A stretch of 63,765 bases of DNA, counting the filler, from Choristocarpus tenellus KU-1152 (taxonomy: Eukaryota; Protista; Phaeophyceae): the NCBI GenBank assembly GCA_964200185.2. It is 11 parts of 11 records of this genome, joined end to end, with 100 filler letters (N's around TTAATTAATTAA, not from the genome) between each part and the next. Parts side by side here need not be neighbours in the genome. Positions count along the whole stretch, not along the records: positions 1 to 4,326 come from CAXNAD020015108.1; positions 4,427 to 15,276 come from CAXNAD020002670.1; 9 more parts are not named here. One strand, given 5' to 3'. Positions 1-10,956 of the stretch are shown in pieces; the first letter of the stretch is position 1; each line of letters opens with the position of its first letter. The notes under the pieces are model-generated. The model had not been told where the DNA came from, ran no database searches, and saw nothing but the letters and a program-made list of their open reading frames with translations. A program made the translations under genes and the position numbers.

Positions 1-535
1 CCACCCCACAGCCCCCCACCTGAAGCATCCTTGTAGCGCAGAGTCTGCTTTGTTTCTGAGTGAAGAAAAATTTAATTGCTCAATCAATTTGCATGTGGAG
101 AAAAGAAGAGGAAAAGCTCCTTACTGACACAAGGAGATGATAAGAAAGAACCAGGCACCAACAAGTCAACTAGCAGAGAGAGGGGCGGGAGGGAAGGGGG
201 GTTCAACACACCCTCCAAAATTGTCTCAACTCCTGTCAAAATGAGGTGTACCTGTAAAACAATTATTGTCACAACAGTAATGCACGTAATTTGTACACTA
301 CCATTCAAGATTTTTCTGGCCATCACCTACAAATTCAGGGGTAGTGGAGAGCAGCACCGAGATCCTAATATCATTTTTTCCTTACTTTCAAAAAATATGG
401 ATCTCTCACCCATGCCCAGAAAATAGCTTAGTGAGATTTAAATGGGGCTTGGAATCTATGAGAACAAGGTACTTCCATTCCTGCAACAGTTTCATGCAAA
501 ATATCCTATGGTTAAATACTAACCCTGACCTTAGT

Positions 536-793
536 GAGTGAAAGTATCTTAGGGGGTACGAGTTTTGCCCAGTATGTCCATTTGGGACTTGACTTCCTAT
601 GGTATTTTGATGACATTTTCCTACTCTGAAACATTTCGGAGTAGGAAAAATGTGTATGTTATGAAAAGGTGCGTCCGGAACAAGAGTATTGATACTTCCT
701 AACAAACACGATAGCCAAAACTACGTCAAAATCGCTACATTGGGTTTTGGCCCCCAAACGGACGTGGCTCTACCCTCTAAGATACTTTGGCTC
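536..793 (+). mobile_element. MITE family A (PIF/Harbinger-like), full copy
   Basis: TIRs GAGTGAAAGTATCTTAGGGGGTA...TACCCTCTAAGATACTTTGGCTC, TSD AGT/AGT, several homologous copies in the window. Confidence 0.85.
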
Positions 794-908
794 AGTCTTA
801 TCCCTGGTCATAGCCCTAATCTTAACTCATGGGCCCTAACTCCTAACCCAAACCCAAACCTTAAGCCCAGACCCTATCCTGTACCCTCTAACGTCTACAC
901 CCTCTCAC

Positions 909-1250
909 ATCATCATCAGGATCTCGGTCTCTTCCATCCAGGCTGTTGTGTTCATCTCCCCCTCCTTCACTTCCGCGTCCACGCCCATTGCTACAAGCCC
1001 CCTTGCCGCCACCAGAGCTACAAATCCTTTCACCATCAACGCTGCGGCTGGCCCGTTGACTGCTACAGTCCTCCAAATCCTCTTTGCTACCAGCTGAGAG
1101 GATGTCCATCGACTCACCCACCCCTGCCTCGTCAACCCCTCCCACAAGGTGGTGGTGGGCCAGCAAAGGGGCCATATAAACTCTGCCCTTGCGCTGTCGG
1201 TGAGGCATGATGTAGTCTAGAAGGGAGTCGCATATGGCTACCCCTGCCTC
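909..1250 (-). CDS. CCP exon (end of catalytic domain plus low-complexity tail)
   Basis: EAGVAICDSLLDY...DPDDD. cag acceptor, GTGAGA donor, 342 nt in frame. Confidence 0.8.
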
Positions 1251-1361
1251 CTGCACGATACACACCACATAGAGTCCAAAGCAGGAAGAGGGATAGTGGG
1301 GGGAGTGTGGACAAGGGGATGGTCTAACTCTGAGAGGTGGTCGAAGAGATACATTCCTATA

Positions 1362-1614
1362 GATCCAATGCATTTCAGAGGGTAGGAGATTTGTCCATTC
1401 AGGGCTGGGCTTCCCATGGGTTTTTGATGCCTTTTTTCGGTTTTCTGTGAACACAGCGACCTACTCCACAATATAGACGACCATGAAAGGTGTGCCTAGA
1501 GCAAGGATATTGACACTTGGTAACAAACACGATAGCGAAAATTACAACAAAATCACAACATTGGATTTATGAGCCCAAACGGACGTGGTCCTACCCTCTG
1601 AAATGCTTTGGATC
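1362..1614 (+). mobile_element. MITE family A variant
   Basis: TIRs GATCCAATGCATTTCAGAGGGTAG...CTACCCTCTGAAATGCTTTGGATC; interior homologous to 536-793. Confidence 0.8.
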
Positions 1615-1775
1615 TATCCTAAATTTGTCTTCTCTACACACACCCCCCCTCCCCCCATCCTCTTCATCTCTCTCTCTCTCTCTCTTTCTTTCTCCCAATC
1701 TATCTATCTCTTTGAGTTCCTCCTGTAGGCCAGGTTACACTTAATCTGCCCTACCCAATTACAGAAAAAACAAAC

Positions 1776-1880
1776 CTGTAGATGGTGGATGTTAAGATGG
1801 TTGTCCTTGAGCGGCCCAAAGTCCACACCACAGAAGGTACTCTCCACTGTGTAACTGTTGCCAATGCCCAGGTCACGCGC
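1776..1880 (-). CDS. CCP exon carrying the catalytic Glu (not in the ORF track)
   Basis: ARDLGIGNSYTVESTFCGVDFGPLKDNHLNIHHLQ contains the SYTxES.FCG motif. tag acceptor, GTTTGT donor, 105 nt, phase 0. Confidence 0.92.
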
Positions 1881-2800
1881 CTAAATATCCCGAAGAGCAT
1901 TTGTGTATATGTGTGTAAGGATTGCAGGGAGGGGGAGGGGGGGAAGTCGCTCTTGACTGTTGCATCTGACTCTGAATCTGTGTGTGATAGTCATGAGGAT
2001 TTGTAGATGGAGTGGAGTGGCCGCATGTCATATAAATATGATCAAATCACGAAGAATGAAACGAAGCAAATGAAGTCTTAAGTGCTTCCTTTCCCCCTAA
2101 CCTCAAAAAGGCCTCGATAGCTGACTACACTTGCAGTAGTAGTTTGGAGGACATTTTCAGTAGAAAGGTTGAATTGTCAACACAGTAATTTGGTAAGGGA
2201 CAGTCATGTATCCATGCAAAACAAAAACAAAAAACTATAAAGTTCTTGTTGAGGTAAGAATTGGCCTGCAAGAGGTGAACAGGAGACGAAAATTTGGAAC
2301 ACAATCTCGCCTAGATACGAAATGGCGATCTGTTGTCGTAATGACTCTCACAGCCTCTCTATGTGTACACCCGAGTTGAACCATCTTACATTTTTAAACA
2401 TCACAAACCTTTTCATGGTGCTTGGGCTGGCTTTTTGAAATGTCCCAAAGAACTTACAGTATTGACAACCACTGAAACACAAGAAACCAGTCTTTTCACA
2501 CAAACCTCAATAAAACCCCCTTACACCTATAGCACGTACTCACAATCATGGAGTCAGAACTCTCTTGAGCAAAGGGAGTGCGCCGCTTATCCTACATCAA
2601 CAGCATGTCTCTAAAGGAGTACTCCTCTCTAAAAAAACCCCCCTATAACAACGTCATATCCCACTATGACCATCGCTCCGTTGAACTAGTGGTTTTTCTT
2701 GCTGTTCCGGTTTTTTCATCCCTATACTTGCATTACGATACTCCCTCCATGTTGCTAACAGAAACACAGTGCATGATACTTTGAGTGTTGGTTCACTCAC

Positions 2801-2981
2801 AACGACAACCCTTGCTGTAGATTCGCGGCCTTTCTTGACGGCGAAGGAGCAGTCCTTGAATGACACGTACTTGCGTCCAAGGCGGTTCCAGCTGACTAGC
2901 TTGGGAAACACACGGGCGGAGGGACAGGAGAGGCCCTTCTTCCTCTCGTCCGCCCCGTACATGAACACATTCATCTTGCGA
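2801..2981 (-). CDS. CCP exon
   Basis: RKMNVFMYG...RVFPKL...SFKDCSFAVKKGRESTARVVV. cag acceptor, GTGAGT donor. Confidence 0.92.
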
Positions 2982-3515
2982 CTGATGGTAATTCGTTTTG
3001 AGATATTCCAGGGAGAGGGACATGGGGGGGTTGAGGGCGATGAAAAGTTGAACACTATTCAAACAGACAGCACACCAGCCCCCCCCTCATTTGGCCTTTC
3101 TGTGCCTGCTATGTACTTCGAAGCACGTACACGAATTAAGCAGAAACAGAAACAGCCTTTCTGTGCTGAGTAGCTGTCATTCAAGATTGTGGTACCTTGA
3201 TGCACTACTGCATTAAAAGATAATAAATTACCGGAAACAATGATATCCTCACTGAACTACCCCCCCCCCCCCCCCCCCCCCCCNNNNNNNNNTGTTATTC
3301 TCTTTACACCCAATTTAAAAAAAAATATAAACTCACCCAAAACTAATATTCACTCTATCCATCTCCCCCCCCCCCCCCCCTCCCCCAGTGCTTATTTCAT
3401 CTTTTTCCATCGATACTTTATCATGCCCCGTATGCCAATCCTGCTGTTTCACTACTGATATAAGCTTCTATTCTTCCTATCAATACTCCTCCCACATCTG
3501 AAGCACCGTTGATAC

Positions 3516-3656
3516 CTGTGCCCGTGCAAGTCAATGTACATAGCCACACCCCTCTTGGCTTGCTCATAGCGTATATGTTGCTTCAGATGGTACACCGTTG
3601 GGTGCAGTGGCCGAGTTGGACGTTTCCACTGCCTATTTAGATCCACGCCTGCCAAG
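3516..3656 (-). CDS. CCP exon
   Basis: (S)LAGVDLNRQW...HPTVYHLK...YIDLHGH(S). cag acceptor and GTATC donor; phases match the neighbouring exons. Confidence 0.93.
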
Positions 3657-4056
3657 CTGTTTGGAAAATGTGTCATTTTAGCAACTCATTGAGAGGGGAG
3701 TACTAGTACACAAGAAGGACAACGCATGTCAACTCCACTGAGGCCCTCACGTAGCAACGGTCTGTGAAATACATGTATTGATGCTCAGCTTCCCAGAGGA
3801 TAACTGCTATGCCAAGTTAGGGTGGAGATCAGGGGTATGAGTTCTTCCCAACACTCCCTCACTCCTCCTATCTTGAGAGGTGAATGTGCTTTACTGCAGA
3901 AGGTGGAAAACATGTCATAGTGATAGCACAAGTCAGGAACAAACTATTCAACATCTCAGCCTTTGCTCATATAAAACCCAAACCCCTTGGTCAATCTCCT
4001 TCCATTATTGCTTCTTCTACTTCCCCTTTTCATCCCAGTCAGCGCTGACCCCTCAC

Positions 4057-4262
4057 CTGCATCGATTGTTTCCAAACGCCACTCCATCCGGGTTGAGCAT
4101 TGGAACCACCTTGAATATAAACTTAGAACGCAGCATCCGTGCCTCATCACTCTGCCCAGTCAAGAAGTCCAGCATACCCCTCATCATCCAGCTGGCCGGG
4201 GATTCTCCTGGGTGTACGCGCGCACTAATAACCACACACTGCCTCCCATGCATATGAAAATC

Positions 4263-4294
<32 letters not shown>

Positions 4295-4326
4295 CCGAAA
4301 GAGGGAACGTTGCACCCCCCCCTTCC
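4057..4326 (-). CDS. Cytosolic carboxypeptidase (M14, CCP/Nna1/AGBL family), exon; 5' end runs into the contig edge
   Basis: Translates to polyQ followed by [29 protein letters not shown]...[19 protein letters not shown], with the HPGE zinc motif and NPDG. Donor AG|GTGAGG at 4057. Confidence 0.93.
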
Positions 4327-4426
4327 NNNNNNNNNNNNNNNNNNNNNNNNNNNNNNNNNNNNNNNNNNNNTTAATTAATTAANNNNNNNNNNNNNNNNNN
4401 NNNNNNNNNNNNNNNNNNNNNNNNNN
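4327..4426. other. Artificial contig linker
   Basis: 44 N + TTAATTAATTAA + 44 N. Confidence 0.97.
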
Positions 4427-4472
4427 GAATCCCAAACGGACAGCCGACACCCCCCCCCAGATACTTTGAGTC
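4427..4472 (+). mobile_element. MITE family B, right end at contig edge
   Basis: AAACGGACAGCC..poly-C..AGATACTTTGAGTC, the terminal motif shared with family A. Confidence 0.7.
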
Positions 4473-4474
4473 AC

Positions 4475-5500
4475 TCACATCATCACGCCCTGCAGTACCT
4501 AATCCTGACCATAGAAACTCAGCATTCACACCGCTAAGGTTGTTGCAAGTGATAGAGACAAATGCACTACAGAATGCCTGCCCAGCGGAGGGATGCAGGA
4601 GGCAAGGGTTGAACACTGGTCATGCTCACATGTGCTCCCAAGCTGGTGACCAAATACAGCAGCACTCACCCATGGTCTGGCAACTGGGCAATATCTGGAG
4701 GAAAACGTGTGTCCCCTGCACCTTGGAAGATGGCAGCCCTTTCACCATCAATCGCATATTCTATATTGATGCAGTCTTCCATGTAGGAGCTCTCTCCTAT
4801 GCAATTGCTACCCCCTACAGGGAAAAGGGTATACTACTGGATGATTTCTTTGCTGAAGTTCAAGCAGACTTGTTACAGGTGAGTAGCGCGAGCATTTCTT
4901 CTTGTGTTCTAGAAAGCGTGAGCAGTACGAGATTAGTAGCACATAGGTAGCCTTACATAGTAAATGCTGATTACTTAGATGATGCAGAGTAAGATTGTAA
5001 TGCGTATGTAACCTTACAGAAGAAACGTCAAAATCCCTATAGGTTGCAGAAAAAAGCTTTATGATTGGAGTATGTATACAGCAGTTTGCAGATGTCTTTT
5101 AGCTTATAGTCTACAGAAATCGGGCGGATGATGAAAATAATAAAAGTTTTTTTGGACACACCATCCATTACCCCTCGTTCAGTCCTTTGATCTTGAACAT
5201 AACATTAGAGCTACGCAGCGAGTGAGCTATCGAGAGAATACTGTTTGACACCCAAAAAACTGTTATCAAGGGCAACGCCCCCATAGCGTCGTTTTAAGGT
5301 CATTGGATTTGAGTTGCACATCCTGTGGAGGTGAGTTCTGGAGCCTGTTGTAACAGACTGCCCCCTCTTTAGTTCATGGAGCAACAATGGCATCACCTCT
5401 GCTGCAGCAGAGGCTTGTAAGCTCAACCACTGCGAGGAATCGTTTAACCCTCATTGTTTTAACCTCCAACACTTTGGTGGTAGAAGCTATGCAAAAGAGA
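4475..5500 (+). mobile_element. REL-endonuclease non-LTR retrotransposon (CRE/R2-group-like), C-terminal fragment interrupted by a solo LTR
   Basis: CPAEGC...HAHMC..G...H zinc motif, then EDGSPF...GILLD...AEVQAD [LTR] ...SAAAEACKLNH. Homologous to the copies at 9400, 35050 and 58640. Confidence 0.7.
4871..5355. mobile_element. Solo LTR
   Basis: TGTTACA...TGTAACA termini with 4-bp TSD GACT (4867-4870 and 5356-5359); homologous to 18305-18905. Confidence 0.88.
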
Positions 5501-5689
5501 GCTATTCTAATAGTCTTTGCATTATGTGGTATGGATGTATTTATTAGCGGAGTAAGCACTGTCCTCAGTGGAGGGGTGCTCTCTCTTATTTTCTATTGCA
5601 CACGTCAGCAGGCATATCAAAAATGTGCTTGCGTCAATCACACTACTTCATTTATCCTCCGTCAACCACTTACATAAAGTAACAAGAAA

Positions 5690-5770
5690 TCATTCCACCG
5701 AGATTCGAACCTATTACTCTAAACAACCAAAAAAAAGTCATCAACACTTACTCCACTCAGTCAACATTTC
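5690..5770 (-). pseudogene. Degenerate tRNA-like sequence or SINE head
   Basis: A-box-like TGACTGAGTGG and B-box GGTTCGAATCT at tRNA spacing; the stems do not close. Confidence 0.4.
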
Positions 5771-5878
5771 TGTTACATAGTGCCGGTCACTAAACAGATA
5801 TAAATCATACAGACTACCTAGCCTATATTGCACACTCCCCCATGAGCGTGTAGCAAAGTTGCTGACTAAAGGTCACTC

Positions 5879-6090
5879 TCAAAGCGAAAGCACGGAATGC
5901 ACAAAATCAGAAATAAAACTCTTGCGTGAAGACTTGGTTAACACGTCTGCCAATTGCTTGCGTGTTGGAATATACTTAATGCCAAAAGTCCCCTTCTTCC
6001 ATAACCCTGTCATTTCCTTCTCCATGGCCTCCTACCACTGATCTGCATTTGGCCCACTCAAGGCCGCCTTGGTTGTGGATGGGTCATCTG
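5879..6090 (-). pseudogene. Fused RT N-terminus and RNase H C-terminus of the copia pol
   Basis: DPSTTKAALSGPNADQW*EAMEKEMTGLWKKGTF joined directly to GIKYIPTRKQLADVLTKS. Confidence 0.8.
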
Positions 6091-6559
6091 TATCTATTCC
6101 CACTTCCCCCATGAGACCCATAAGGCAGTACACGTCGTCGTTGTTTTGCTGCGTGAGGGTTGAGATGAAGTGGTTCATGTCTGTTTCTTCATCTTCCTCC
6201 AGGTCGCATAGTTGTGATGTGTAAGCCACCCGCTGGCGTTGCTCCAACCTGGCAGATTTACGTCGCTCAGAGTGTGGGACCAGTCGCTTGGCTGCCATCT
6301 GCGCAGCCCTATCCATGCGTTGGTGCTGTCCCATCCTGGGAGAAATATCTTGGCTTTGATGGGGTTGCTTTGCATCTTGGGCCCTATGTCCAATGTTTTG
6401 ACCCTCACTCCCAGTTTCACTCCCTGTTATGGAAGTCTCTTATTCGTCTCGGGTATCCATGTCTTCATCGAGCTCAGACTCCTCCAGTATGTCCAGCTTT
6501 GGCTCCCCCACTAGCTCCAGCAGTTTGACTTCAGGCTGGAAAGTCACCTGTGCTGAGGT

Positions 6560-7409
6560 CACAGCTTTCCTTCCCGTGGGATCCATACATCCCAGCATAG
6601 TGATGCCCTGTCATGCCCTACAAGGATTCCCCTCTTTGTGTATGGATGGAACTTTGCATTGGTGCCGCGCTGTTGCTTGATATGATGTTCAAAACACTCT
6701 GTCCCAAATACTCGGAGTCGCTTGTAGTTGAAGAGCGTATTGGTCAGGCGCTCACATGGTGTCTCTCGCCTTCTAAGTACTCGTGCGGCATTCCAGTGGT
6801 CTTGAATGTGGCGTCTGCCACTGCAATAAATCAGAACTCCTCCCCCAGTCCAGCATGTATCAGCTGGCTGCGTACTGCTTGCATTACCTACTTTATTGCC
6901 CGCTCAGCAATCCCGTAGCTCTGGGGCGTGCATGGGGGTGCCTTGCGCCATTTCATGCCCCGCTCTGTCAGCATGCGCTGTAACCTTATGCTCCTCCCGA
7001 ACTTGCCAGCGCCATCTCCACTGATGCATCTCACTACCACCCCATCTCGAGCCATTTCGTCTATGTAGGCAGCAGTGGCCGCGGTGGCAGCGCCCTTGGT
7101 ACACAGACCTGTCACACGCTTCTCCCTGCTGGCCTCGTCCACAAAAACCTGAAAATATTCCATGCCTGTCATGTCCGGGTCGAAGGGTCCCTCCAGGTCT
7201 GTGTGCATCACCTCACCCACTGTCTTGGGACTGCGGCCTCCCCGTGCGTAACTGAGTGCCTCAGACTTGCACTCCTTGCATACCTTGCAGTGGAGCTCTG
7301 AGGCGACTGTAGTATCTGAAATGTCCAGGAGATCTCGTTTCTCCAGGTGCTTTATCGCAAATGGGTTGAGGTGATCCATGATTTGTGCCAATCTTGTAAG
7401 GAGAGACAC
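6560..7409 (-). pseudogene. Copia integrase, disrupted
   Basis: HLN...CKVCKECK, HTDLEGP, FVDEASR, ISGDGAG, TPQSYGIAER followed by an in-frame stop. Confidence 0.88.
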
Positions 7410-8644
7410 TGCTGCTTATTTGTATAGCGAGTATTTATGGTTGCCTGGCCTTTCTCCCCCTTCTTCACCTGGAACTGGGCCCTCAGCATCAGGAAGGCTC
7501 CCTTCTCTTCTAAATAAATTTTGGCTGCCTCCTTGTTAGGCTTGATGTAACCTCTCCTGATCCCAGAGTCTACAAATTCACCCCCATTGCGTCGCATGCT
7601 GCCTGTGCTGAGAAGCCTGCAGGGCAGACCCGGTACCCAGAGCACATCCTGGAGTTTAATCTTGGTCTGCTTACCTTTCTCGTTAGTTGTCTCCAGTATC
7701 ATCTTGCCGATTGCCTGTGCTTCCAGCGTACCTTTATTACCAAAGGTGCAGGTGCGGGCGATCTCTGTTGCTGCAGTGAGATCCTGCAATTGTGGGGTAA
7801 GGTGCACATTTGCACCCGAGTCGCACAGTAGGCTGATGGTCTTTGTCTTGTCTTGAGTTGAGGGTAGAAGTGCTGCCTCGGCCATCCTGTTATACGCGTC
7901 CTCCCCTACAGACACGTTCATGGCGAGGAATGCCCTTGATGGTCCTTGCCGATCTGCCTTGCCTCCACCTCTGCCACCTTTGCTCCGTTCCCTGGTTGGT
8001 GGTGATGACAACTGTGGTGTCACCATCCCCTGGGGGGGCTTAGCAGGAGGTTTGCCAGCCAAGTACGAGCGGCATTCTCGCCACCTGTGATTAAATTTTA
8101 AACAGAACGCACATTGATTTGAACCGAGGCCGCTCCCGGACCCCTGTCTCCCTGTCTGCGACTCTGCCCCTGTGTGTAGTGACATAGGCCCCGATCTCCT
8201 AGTTGAGATGATGGCGTTCTTCAGTTGATCATATGTGAGTTCTGGGGATGTTGACAGCTGTGCAAATACCTGTGGCATGCTTTCCCTGATGCCTATGATT
8301 AAAGCTCCTTTCTTTGCATGATCCTCCTTGGCTGCCTCCAGCTGCTCGTATTCTGTCCAGACGTGATCGAGACGAAGGACGAAGTTGGCAGCGTCCTCCA
8401 CCGACGAGCAGTACATGTCGCGCAATTTCATCTCTAGAGCAATGAGCTGCATGAGCCGCTGAACCGCAGTGCGCCTCCCATAGATATGCTCTAATTCGAG
8501 CCAGGCTGCCCTCCCGTCGGGGTTGCCGTCATTTTCGTATGTGCTGACCACCATCGCTGCAGCTCTCCTCGTGGTCTGGCCCAGCAGGAACCACAAGGCC
8601 TCGCGATGTTTGATGTACTCCTCGTATGCACTGTGTTCCCTCAC
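7352..8644 (-). CDS. Copia gag-protease ORF
   Basis: DGRAAWLEL gag motif, CAFCLKFNHRWREC CCHC knuckle, LLCDSGANVHL aspartic protease, LQDVLWVPGL..RLLS. Frameshift at WH (GAG-pre-integrase). Confidence 0.88.
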   Translation of the reverse strand: MREHSAYEEYIKHREALWFLLGQTTRRAAAMVVSTYENDGNPDGRAAWLELEHIYGRRTAVQRLMQLIALEMKLRDMYCSSVEDAANFVLRLDHVWTEYEQLEAAKEDHAKKGALIIGIRESMPQVFAQLSTSPELTYDQLKNAIISTRRSGPMSLHTGAESQTGRQGSGSGLGSNQCAFCLKFNHRWRECRSYLAGKPPAKPPQGMVTPQLSSPPTRERSKGGRGGGKADRQGPSRAFLAMNVSVGEDAYNRMAEAALLPSTQDKTKTISLLCDSGANVHLTPQLQDLTAATEIARTCTFGNKGTLEAQAIGKMILETTNEKGKQTKIKLQDVLWVPGLPCRLLSTGSMRRNGGEFVDSGIRRGYIKPNKEAAKIYLEEKGAFLMLRAQFQVKKGEKGQATINTRYTNKQQCLSLQDWHKSWITSTHLR

Positions 8645-9399
8645 TCCGATCTTTCACCATCCTGTATTGTGATGGTTGAAGGTAGAGCAAAAAAAAGACA
8701 TTCAGCATAACTTCTAATGGTGCAAACCTCTAGACAAGGACACATTTGGGTTGGTGGGAAGTGGAAGATAACTGTAGGAAGAGGAGATTTTATGGAGATG
8801 GATTTTCTCATCTTTCTCCCTGTCTTCCACATCCCATCTGAGTATATCCTCGTCCAGAACCGGTCATTGCTATCCATGGCCTGAAGAATCTGTCGACAGG
8901 TTCTTAGGGGCAATTGTTGCGCTGAATGTCTTTGTTCAGAATGCATACGGAAACAACGGAGAGGTTGTTATTTAACCTACAGACTCACATGTTCTGGACG
9001 CTGGTTATGACCTTGGTTGCATGGGGTGTGGATATCGATATTCCGGACATGAAGTCATAGTGATGAAATTGGTGCCAAGACATTGTAGCAAGTAATGTTC
9101 GCCTATCAGTTTGTTGCATCAATGACCATATGGAAGGTCTTTTTTTCGTTTTGACCTGAGTTAGGGTTGTAGTCGACTGGTTGGTGGCATTATCATACCA
9201 ACAGGTGCTACGTTTAAGGAGGAACCTGATTTTGACCACCATGCCCTCTAAGTCGTCCTTTGGGAGGATATACCATTGACCGAGTATGCCTATCGTAAAG
9301 GTTGGTAGTGTAGTTTTTAGCAACTGTCAGTAGGAAGGAGTGGATACTTTAATGAAACGTGTTCAGATATTCACGAGACATAGTTTAACAACTAGTATT

Positions 9400-9885
9400 A
9401 ACCTTAACACCTTTGCGGTGGAAAGTTTTGGGCGGCTCGGCAAGCAAGCGGAATGCTTCCTGGATGAGCTGNNNNNNNNNNGGGGGAGAGGAGCGGGAGG
9501 ATACTGCCGGAAAGGAGAAGTTAAATCCAGGCTACGCCAAATTGTTTCGGTGACTACCCAAGTGGCATTGTCTCGACGTGTCATGCGCTTCAAACTAGAG
9601 ATGAGCACGGATTGGTCTGTTGGATTCATGGGATGCATCCCTAGCTCCCCCCCCCGGGGCACAGGAGTAGGTAGATGGGAAGCACAGGAAGACAGTAGTA
9701 CAATATTTGATAGTGGTGAAGTAACTGATAGATTAGTGGTTTCCACACTTACAGTGTTTTATAGTGTTCTCACGTTTAGGATATTTTATTTCTGTAGGGC
9801 TAATAACGACATATGTATAGTTTTCATTGGTTTTCCCTCTGACACATCTATCTGAAAAATGTCAAAGGACATAATAATATAATTA
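9400..9885 (+). mobile_element. REL non-LTR element, 3' fragment with 3' tail
   Basis: NLNTFAVESFGRLGKQAECFLDEL...RLRQIVSVTTQVALSRRVMRFKL; tail motif AAAATGTCAAAGGACATAATAATAT is shared with the other copies. Confidence 0.75.
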
Positions 9886-9912
9886 GTATTACGTCCAAAG
9901 AAAGTATTCGAA

Positions 9913-10006
9913 TACCAGGGGATTAGGGATTCGAGATTCGAGCGGTCTAAGGATCCGAGTTAAAGTCGCAGTGTGCAAATACGGGAGTTCGAATCCTATT
10001 CTGGTA
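9913..10006 (+). pseudogene. tRNA-Leu pseudogene
   Basis: CGAGCGGTCTAAGGA...CGCAGTGTGCAAA...GTTCGAATCC..CTGGT matches 11966-12045, with an insertion and substitutions. Confidence 0.75.
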
Positions 10007-10508
10007 ATTTCTCTTGATAAATTCTGCCTGGTCAAACATTTTGATAAATTTTACGAAGAGCGTTTGAGCGTCCTCGTACAAAAAAATCTCTCACAATAAT
10101 AGTGGTTTCATAAACCAGCGTTCTCGTTGCAAAGGAGGAGTGAGCGGATTTGGACCAGCTCGTCACCAGATTTCTTTTCAGGAAGATTTGGTTTGTATGA
10201 TTGAAAGTCCACATCACAAACACTACATACTGGAGTATATATTGCTGTTCTTTAAAACAAAAAGAAGGACGTTAACTCCACCTAATCGTTATGGTATAAC
10301 TCAGGTAGACTTCTTACGTGAGGAGCGAGTCAATTTTCCCTGTAGAATTTAAAAGATTTTGTCATATTGTCTATTTGTGTACTGACCTGATTAGAAATGG
10401 CAACGCTCACTATTGCGATGCTACTACAACTTGCCAAAATATTGTTTTTCCAATCTAGGGAGCAGATCAACTACGTAAACTATTGCTGGAAGCTGACGAT
10501 GGAAGTGG

Positions 10509-10814
10509 TGTTACAGGCGATATGTCTTGATGGCGGTTTCATAAACACCAATATGACCTTGAAGTCCTAGATTCGATATATTTGTACTTCTATACTATTT
10601 TTTTAAATTTAGTTATTATGGTCCCCGATTGAGATGAGACATCGTAGACCAGTTCCTTTTTACATGATGGTATTGACGATAATCCAAGTGAGAGATCCAG
10701 CATACTTAACGACTTGTGCATCAGGAGTCCTATACGTACATCAGTAATATCTATAGACCTGTAGATTGGAGCTATACCTCCTGTGGAGGTAAGCTTCTGG
10801 GGCACGCTGTAACA
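10509..10814. mobile_element. LTR-like segment related to the TGTTACA family
   Basis: Starts TGTTACAGGCGA and ends CCTGTGGAGGTAAGCTTCTGG..TGTAACA, like the 4871 and 18305 LTRs; TSD unclear. Confidence 0.55.
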
Positions 10815-10956
10815 TGGAGGTCCTAAAGTGGTTTTTATTTGTGCTCTAGTGAGTCTTTGTCTGATCGTAAAGGCTCTTGGCCAGTGGTAGTGATAACTGA
10901 TCGTATCACACTGTGTCCCCAGAGCAGGAGAAGTTTCAAAGAGTCATTTGTGGTTT

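Larger units (their letters stand above)
5771..8650 (-). mobile_element. Ty1/copia LTR retrotransposon, defective (5'-truncated, RT/RNase H deleted)
   Basis: gag-PR-IN domain order; PPT GGGGGAG at 5835-5841 followed by a TG...CA stretch at 5834-5771. No 5' LTR found. Confidence 0.9.

Noticed and set aside
4371-4382. Repeated TTAATTAATTAA as a biological motif
   Set aside because: Always centred in N runs of fixed length; it is a synthetic spacer.
8650-9330. 5' LTR/PBS of the copia element, or genes in ORFs 8641-8946 and 8985-9323
   Set aside because: No match to the 3' terminal stretch, no CA-adjacent PBS, no recognisable domains.
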